Source: Seison nebaliae (lineage: Eukaryota). Taken from it: DNA of 20,000 nucleotides. Within the stretch, counting starts at the first letter, position 1, and every line of letters starts with the position of its first letter. Below, in pieces: positions 12,601 through 20,000 of this stretch. Position numbers and translations under genes: made by a program. The notes beneath the pieces are model-generated. The model did no database searches and had not been told where the DNA came from. It saw only the letters and a program-made list of their open reading frames with translations. The DNA lies in assembly GCA_023231475.1 (NCBI GenBank), contig JALJEE010002013.1:50618-70617 (forward strand), read 5' to 3'.

Positions 12601-15600
12601 TCGCGAAGTTTGTCCTGATCGATACGAACAAAATTGTTTAGTTTGGAATTATGAACCAAATAAATGTTGTCCGGTTTGTATAAAATTTCTGGTAAAACCA
12701 GTACCGGTTTGTCATTTACCCAAATCGAATGTCGTTTATCAAATTGGACAAATCTTCAATTTAACAGAATGTATCGTTAATTGTCATTGTAGTGAAGCGG
12801 GTGTGATAAGAGATTGTGTGAAAATCCATTGTGGTGATCTACCTCCAAATTGTATCAAATCAACTTTGGCTGATGGTTGTTGTCGCCGTTGTATTACTTT
12901 TGCTACTACAGTCCGTCCGAAATTGCCATGTACATGGCAAGGTACAGGAAAAGTGTATAAACATGGAATTTCATTTTCACCAACACCATGTCTCTTAAAT
13001 TGTCAATGTGAAGATGGAATGATTCAAAATTGTCGAGCTACTCAATGTCCAGTATTGGAAGGAAATTGTTTAAAGAGTCAAATTTTGGATGGACAATGTT
13101 GTCCAACATGTGTGAGATATGCTCTACAAAATGTCACATCTTGTACGTTGTTCACGAATGAAGGTAAACAAGTCATACGAAATGGAGAAACATTCGATAA
13201 ATCGCCTTGTGTGAAAAATTGTATGTGTCATAATGGTCAAATTTGGGGATGTATGAAATTAACTTGTTCGCCAATTTCAGATAATTGTTATGAATCCAAA
13301 TTATTACCTGGTGCATGTTGTCCCATTTGTATTGACAAACCATCAGATGTCGCCAAAATTTGTAGAACATCAGACAACCAAGTCTTTAACGAAGGTGACG
13401 TGTTTAATGAGGGACCATGTCGTGTGGGTTGTCAATGTCATCAAGGAAAAATAGTGAATTGTATGACATTGCAATGTCCAAAGATTTCTCCCAATTGTTT
13501 GAAGGCAGCTGTTCAGGATGGTGAATGTTGCAAGAGATGTCTCATATTTAATCATGCCGTCATTCCTAATGATAAGATGTATTGTCAAGTTGGTAGTAGA
13601 AAAATTTTGAATGGAAATATTGTCAAGAGAAATGTCTGCGAAAAGAATTGTCGATGTGTTGATGGAAAAGTTATAAATTGTGTCCGAATGAGATGTCAGA
13701 AACTACCGAAAGATTGTATAAAAACGGCAGATTCATCAAAGAAACAATGTTGTAAACGATGTATCAAACTTCGTTCTTCCTCCACCGGTAAATGTGAAGC
13801 GGAAGGTAAATTCTTCACGGACGGACAAGTGTTTAATTTGAATAATTGTATTACCAATTGTCATTGTATTAAAGGAAAAGTTTTGAATTGCATCAAACTA
13901 GAATGTACACCGTTACCAGATAATTGTTTGAAAACATCTCATAAAAAAGACGAATGTTGTCCAAGTTGTGTTAAGGTCGATTCATCAGTATCGACATCTC
14001 CCAATGCGTTGAAGAAATATTGTTACAGTGAAGACGGTTCGAAACAGATAGCTGATGGTGAAAAAGGTGATCGTGGACCATGTTATCAAAATTGTATGTG
14101 TAAAGATGGTGAATGGGTTAAATGTACGACGATCACTTGTGAAACAGGTGTTCTATACGATAAAGAAAATAAAAAGATTACTGGCGCTTGTACTCGAATC
14201 ATTCGATTGCCTGATCAATGTTGTCCGATTTGTGTCGAAACAGGAATGTTACCCAAATTAGGAATGAAGAAATTGTATTACATTGTTAGAGAAGGAAAAT
14301 CATTGACTATTCCTATACTGTTGATCCAAGGCTCCCAACCAATGACCTTCCAATGGTTATTTAATGATAAACCTGGATTACCAAAGAATGTTAAAAAAAT
14401 TTCGGATTTGACTATTCTTATTACTAAAGCCACACCGATGACTGCAGGACGATATGTTTTAAGAGTTTCCAATCCCTATGGAAGTGATTCAGTTAAGGTA
14501 TTGGTACATACACAACCACTAGAGTCACCCGAATTACGTATCAGGAAACGAAATTGGTTATTGAATATTGGTCGACCGATATCGATAACTGTTCACTTAC
14601 TCTCAGGTACCGCACCAATCTATTATACATGGTTCTTTAATGGGAAACCAACTTTGCCAAGTGGTGTTCGTGTGTTTGGACGTACAATCAATATCTTAAA
14701 AGCTCGTCCACAAATGAGTGGAACTTATTCATTGAAAGCCACAAACAGTCACGGTAGTGATGAAATTAGTTTAACAATTACAATTAAAGGAGATGAACCG
14801 AACTTATCCATTTCACACAAAGTTTTCTATGTACGAGAACATCAACCACTTATTATTACGGTTGATAATAGTGAAGGTAGTTTACCTGATAAATATGTTT
14901 GGACATTCAAAGGAAGACATATTGATCCATCACCAAATATTAAGGTAATTGATAATCAATTACTTATTCGTTCAGCTTCTAAAAACTTCGAAGGTAGATA
15001 TGTTGTTACTGGCACTAATACACAAGGTACCTCGAGAGTTTCATTTAAACTCGTCGTATTCGATTTCGATTATGTTGTTCCGGTTGACAAAATCATTGCT
15101 CCCATATTAACTACACGAAGGAAACAATTAATTGACGTTGAAGGAAGTAAAATAATAATTCTGGTCAAATTAGTTAGTGGAACAAATCCAGTAAAATATG
15201 ACTGGAAATGGAATGGAAAACCGATACCTCCCGTCAACGTATTATTCGATCCAAAAATGATGAGAGTTGTCATTTATCAGTTGGAACGAGGTGTCAATGA
15301 TGGAGTATATACATTAACTGCATCGAATTCAGGAGGAGAAACTGAGATCGATATTAATGTCAGTGTTCGTCAAATAACTTCAACATCAGCAACTCATCAA
15401 CCTTATACGGTTACATTTAGTACCAATCCAGCACCGACCGATTCATTATCAGAAATAATGCCATCAATCATTTTCAATGCGAAACTTATAAGACTTTCTT
15501 ATGGTGAATCTAAAATTATTCCGTTGAGAATTGGTGGTAAGAGACCGTTCAATTTTATTTGGCAATTCTTCCCCAATAAAAACAACAATAAGGAACAGTT

Positions 15601-17435
15601 ACCGAGAAACATAATATTCAAAAATAATGCCTTAGAATTAACTGACATGACACTTGCTAATAATGGCAGATATATTTTGATAGTCACAAATAAACATGGA
15701 AAAGCCTCCATTACTTTTGATATATCCATCAATAAACCAACGGTTACTACTCCGGATGACCGAATCGATTATAATACTGAGGAATATATTGATCGTTCAC
15801 CCAAAATTACTATCAATAACCGCGAAATAACCTTAAGATATGGAACTAATAAAATTATTCGACCTAGAATTTTAAACAAAGTTTTTTTTATAAATATTAT
15901 TTCATAATTTTAATATATCTCCATTTAAAGAATGATGGACCGTTCGCATTTGTTTGGTTATTTAACCATCATGACGACTTGCCCGCCAATGTCAATTGGT
16001 CAGAGGATTCGCAAGAATTACAATTTACTTCCGTGAGACCTAGTACATCTGGTGTTTATACGATACGTGTAACGAATCCATATGGTTCAAAGGAATTATC
16101 GGTGTATGTGAAAGTTATTGGTCAACCGATTCAAACGACTCAACCAACAACAGTCGATCCATATGACTCTATTGTTGCAGTTTTGCATCCGAATGGCCGA
16201 GTATTTTATATTGATGATAATCGTCCAAATGAAATTGGTTTACCATCCTTCGAAGGAATTACATCAACATCATTCCCAATTGACAACTTCCCAGCCACCG
16301 GAGATTTCACATACAATTTACCAATAATTCATGTTTTATAGCTTTTCAATGAATAATTTGAATAATCATATTTTTAGGGTTTGAGACCGATTAGACTAAA
16401 CTGGTACTTTGTTGGTCAGTCATCCGAATTTCCACCCGGTATAAAATTCATTAGGAATGGAACTCAAATTCAATTCTCTCATATCAATCCAGATATGAAT
16501 GGAGAATATGTGCTTGAGATAGGTAACGGAGAAGGTCGAAAGATTGTACGATTTATTGTTGATATAGTGTCTGGAGATGCACCGAAATTAGGTGGCAAAA
16601 TAGATACCCATTTCACATTAGGTCAATCGAAAACAATACGATTAGAAGTACTTAAAGTTAACAATTGGAATTTTTAATTTTAATTCTCTGTAATTATTAT
16701 AGGGAACTTTACCAATCACTTATTCGTGGTCATATAATGGAACTGACACTTTACCAGCAAACGTTGCAACAAGAGGTCCTATGATTGGATTCTCACCCAT
16801 CACTATGAACAATGTTGGAGTATATAGATTAGTCGCACAAAATAAATTTGGGAGAAGTATCGCAAATATTGAGGCATTCGTGACATCAATAGTACCAGAG
16901 ATTTCTTTCCCCGAAAATTCATTCAAACTATTCTTATATAGTAGAAGAGTGAAACTAACTATACCCAAACCAGTTTTCTTTTTCAAATTCATTCAACTTG
17001 TTCGATATCTTCCTCTTTTAGAACATTCAAGGATTGAAAGTTTCGTGGAAAAAAGCGAACGGTAAACGTTTACCAAAAGGTATGTCTGTAAAACCATATG
17101 GTTTATATATTACAAAAGTATCATATCGTATGTCCGGAAAATATGTAATGACGATGGCAACTAAAGATTGGAAGAAATCATTCACTTTCTCTATAAGCGT
17201 CCAAAGAAGACGTAATAATAAAAAATGCAAAGTCAACAAGAAAAGTTATCTAAATGGGAAAATGTTCGATAAGGACAAATGTACCAGATGCATGTGCTTC
17301 AATGGACAAGCAATCAATTGTATTCGTAAGAAATGTCCAATACTTCCCTGGTATTGTGAAAAGCAACAAATACCTAAAAATGAATGTTGTCCCGTTTGCG
17401 ATATGTCTAATGAAAATTTATATAAAGGTAAATAA
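9637..17435 (+). CDS. Giant secreted multidomain protein, ~2519 aa: signal peptide, acidic Tyr-rich segment, 5 Ig-like, 13 VWC, 9 Ig-like, 1 VWC; C-terminus may continue via a donor at 17428
   Basis: Exons 9637-9796, 9846-15880, 15931-16332, 16378-16656, 16703-16972 and 17022-17435 join in frame through introns of 49, 50, 45, 46 and 49 nt. The N-terminus MISKNFLILTILCWGIVNC/QEQ is signal-peptide-like. Ig I-set pattern P..G..P....W..NG..LP..V....G.Y.L...N..G occurs 14 times and the 10-Cys VWC pattern ending CCxxC occurs 14 times. No transmembrane segment seen. Confidence 0.9.
11444..14233 (+). repeat. Tandem array of 13 VWC (chordin-like cysteine-rich) domains within gene 4
   Basis: Thirteen ~70-aa units, each C..G..F....C-x3-C-x-C..G....C-x4-C......C..CC-x2-C, running from 'VCSWNDK' (Cys codon at 11444) to 'CCPICVE' (14233). 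The DNA is diverged between units, so the array is old. Confidence 0.92.
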
Positions 17436-17739
17436 ATACATATAAATTTCCATTTGCTTCTTATCAATTGAAAACATAATTAATATTTTTATGTCATCAT
17501 TATTATGCTCATTAATAATTAACTAAATCTTCAGTGACACCCTTTTATTTATATAGTAAACTAAAGGAATGTCATAAAACATTTCACAGTTTTATTAGAA
17601 TAAAAGAATTTGAAAAATTCTTACCTTACTTAAAAATTCTGTTAGCTTCTTCTTTTTTATAGAATTGATCAGTTTAAACTTTTATGAACCTAACATTTTT
17701 CAATAATTCAATCTTTTGAACGAATGACTCATTTTCATG

Positions 17740-18010
17740 AGCGAATCATATTTTTCGGTTCAACACAGTTCATTAGATCACTTTCCGAGGAATGTTATCA
17801 AATGAAACATATTCTGGTTTCATTCATTCATCTGTGAAGCATGTTACCTAACTTTTTCTGATGTTGGTGTGAACAAAGAAACCTAATCGTGATTTGTTAA
17901 GGAGGAAAGTGAAAGACATCTGTACAATTAATCGACTTACGATTCCAAAGAAAAAGATATCCAAAATTGTCAGCGGTTTTGCCTCTAAAGCAACATGGAG
18001 GGAAATTTAA
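17740..18010 (+). mobile_element. Possible highly decayed Merlin/IS1595(ISXO2)-like DDE transposase C-terminal remnant
   Basis: Across frameshifts and stops the + strand reads 'HIF-GST-VH-DHF', 'GFIHSSVKH', 'SDVGVN', 'NLI' and 'FASKATWRE'. This is colinear with my recollection of the Merlin pattern HI.PGS.I.SD.W..Y..GF.H.TVNH..F...G..TN.IE..W..YL.EF.WR. By-eye match only. Confidence 0.3.
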
Positions 18011-18548
18011 AAGTTTCTGAAATGTCAGGACGTCGAAGGGACTTCAATTACAAAATCATGTCTTGTATATCATATTATAATATATTATATTAATATGGTA
18101 TCAGAAGATCATGAATCAGAAGAAAAAATGGCACCTTTTTTTTCTTCTTTTATGTAGATAAGATATATTTTTTTTCCACTTACACATGTTCTATCGATTA
18201 GAATAAAGATCTTTAATGAGATAAAAAAATATTTTAAAATAATGGAAAATTTTATAAATATGAAAAGAATATAATAAAAGGAGAAAACAAAGAAAAAAAT
18301 GAAAACAAGCATGAGAATGAACTATAATGTTCAATAAATGTTAAGTTAGACTGTGCAAATATGATAAGATCCGATCAGAATTGTAATTATGTATTTTCCT
18401 GTTAATTTCTTCATCTTTCTTTAATTGCCCATTGCGCAGTGTTCGCGATTCTCCTCGCAGAGTTCTGTTGAATTTTGTGGTTTCCAGATGAAACTTTCTT
18501 GCGATGAATACTTCCATCTTTTTCCGTCTCCTGTTTCGATTGAATATA

Positions 18549-18898
18549 TCAAATTCGACCGAAACGATCTTGAAGGGATTGTGGAGCTGTTGATAATGTT
18601 GTTGCTACAATTGAACAAGTCGATTTTGCAGTCCGCGTTGAGGCTTCGCGGATTTTATTCTTCCATTCCAATTTGTGCACCTCTAATTTGTCCCCGGTGT
18701 GGTTGTGTTCTTTTCCAATTTTTTCAATTTTTAAACCGGCGTCCAGGGACAACGCTGCACTGCATTTTGGTATTTTCTTATTGTTCTTGCAAATACCATA
18801 TGCTAGATCCGGATTTATATTCTTTTCTTTTGTTGTAAATAAATTCGTCATGCCGTTTGGTTCCCATGCGAATTTTTCACGAAGGGAAGATTATGCAT
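18549..18898 (-). mobile_element. Frameshifted FLYWCH zinc-finger coding remnant, typical of the N-terminus of Mutator-like (MULE) transposases
   Basis: Joining three frames gives MHNLPFVKNSHGNQT / HDEFIYNKRKEYKSGSSIWY / CKNNKKIPKCSAALSLDAGLKIEKIGKEHNHTGDKLEVHKLEWKNKIREAS. This fits F...G.....FIY......W.C......C.A......HxH followed by the usual helical segment. Two frameshifts and a stop at 18549-18551; no DDE catalytic region seen. Confidence 0.65.
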
Positions 18899-20000
18899 TT
18901 GATTATTGCTTGATTTGACGTTTGAATATTGATTTATTGTAGTTAGGTTATCAATGTTGTTGATAGGATTTTTATACCACATTTTTATTTAAGATGAAAA
19001 CTGCGGACCGAAAATTAGAGGACAGTTAGTGCTTTAGAAGATTTAAATTGATTAGGAATCTTGAAAAAAAATCTTTTAAATATAACAATGAATACTGTTA
19101 ATCGCCGTAATTAATTGATTGATCAATTGATCTATAGCTCAGTCTTCATTTTAAGCTAAGAGAATTAAAAACATTTTTTAAACTAATAGAATCAAAAACA
19201 TTTTTTAGATTCTGCCGCTGTTCAAACGAAAAATTTTATACGTACTATGTACCAAAATTCCTCTGATAGGGATTTCCTATGAAAAAAAAGAAAGAAAGGT
19301 GGCATTTTTTCTTTTTTGCGAAAAAACAAGTAGTGTGGTATTTTATCCGTCACCCTTTGATTTTTCAGAGAGATTTCAGAACATTATTTTGGGGTTTCAG
19401 CTTATCCCTCGTTTTAAGTTATGGATTCGTTGATCGTTGAAATGTTGGAATCTGACAGATCGATTTTGGGCCATGTTCGAGATTATTATGATATACGGGC
19501 ATCATCATCTTCATCTGAACTTAAGAATTTTATTTACAATTCTTCATTAATCAACCTTCTGCAATCAAATCTCCTCCCTCATCTTTCCAATGCCCGAAAT
19601 ATGCTCGATCAAAAGAAGTTTAGCGAGTTATCGGAGTTTCTGAACGGGAACACTTTGTATGATTATTAGATATATCTGAATCTAGGAACATATTTCCGAA
19701 CTTTCTCTTTTCTCCCAAAAATTGATAAAACGGAACGTATTTCCCATTTTTTTTCTCGCTCCGTAAATAACATTTTATGTATATAAAGAAATAGGACTCT
19801 TCGTATTCTAGTACAATTTCGTATATTATTTATATCCGGAGGACCTTTTCCCTTACACGTCATGAAAAATTATCTTACTAGGACAAATTATCCAAAAAAC
19901 TATTTATGCCTAGAGGGCATTTCTCGTATACAATGTAATTAAAATTATCATAATTTTTTATAATTTTTTAAATATGGAATTGTTTCTCTTATTTTAATTA

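Noticed and set aside
11444..14233. Regular ~210-nt periodicity as a CRISPR-like or DNA-level repeat array
   Set aside because: The periodicity is at the protein level (Cys spacing). There are no identical nucleotide repeats or spacers, and the context is eukaryotic.
9899..15907. The 2002-aa ORF as a standalone gene, or as titin, hemicentin or kielin itself
   Set aside because: It splices in frame to an upstream signal-peptide exon and four downstream exons. No Fn3/kinase (titin), VWA/EGF/G2F (hemicentin) or VWD (kielin) domains are visible.
9970..17467. Many short antisense or alternate-frame ORFs overlapping the giant gene
   Set aside because: Shadows of the long coding frame with no independent motifs.
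18425..18918. + strand ORFs 18425-18838 and 18673-18918
   Set aside because: Antisense to the FLYWCH remnant, which explains the region better.

Overview
AT-rich, gene-dense eukaryotic DNA, almost certainly animal (Ig plus VWC secreted protein, ciliary CFAP100 homologue), with very short introns of 41-76 nt. I reconstructed four spliced genes by hand. (1) The 3' part of an unidentified + strand gene with a long Q/N/S/T-rich C-terminus (<1-3196). (2) An 11-exon CFAP100/CCDC37-CCDC38 (DUF4200) family ciliary gene on the - strand (4427-6643), which the ORF track mostly misses. (3) An SLC35A3-like nucleotide-sugar transporter on the - strand (6976-8127, possibly starting at 8425). (4) A ~2519-aa secreted protein on the + strand (9637-17435): signal peptide, acidic Tyr-rich segment, 5 Ig, 13 VWC, 9 Ig, 1 VWC, in which all 14 Ig-like domains lack the canonical disulfide cysteines. 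The last 2.5 kb holds decayed transposon-like remnants (FLYWCH/MULE-like, possibly Merlin-like). The two most unusual signals are the cysteine-less-Ig/VWC giant protein and a 5' splice-site code in which 20 of 22 inferred short introns begin GTT and none matches GTRAGT. All family assignments come from remembered motifs, not database searches.
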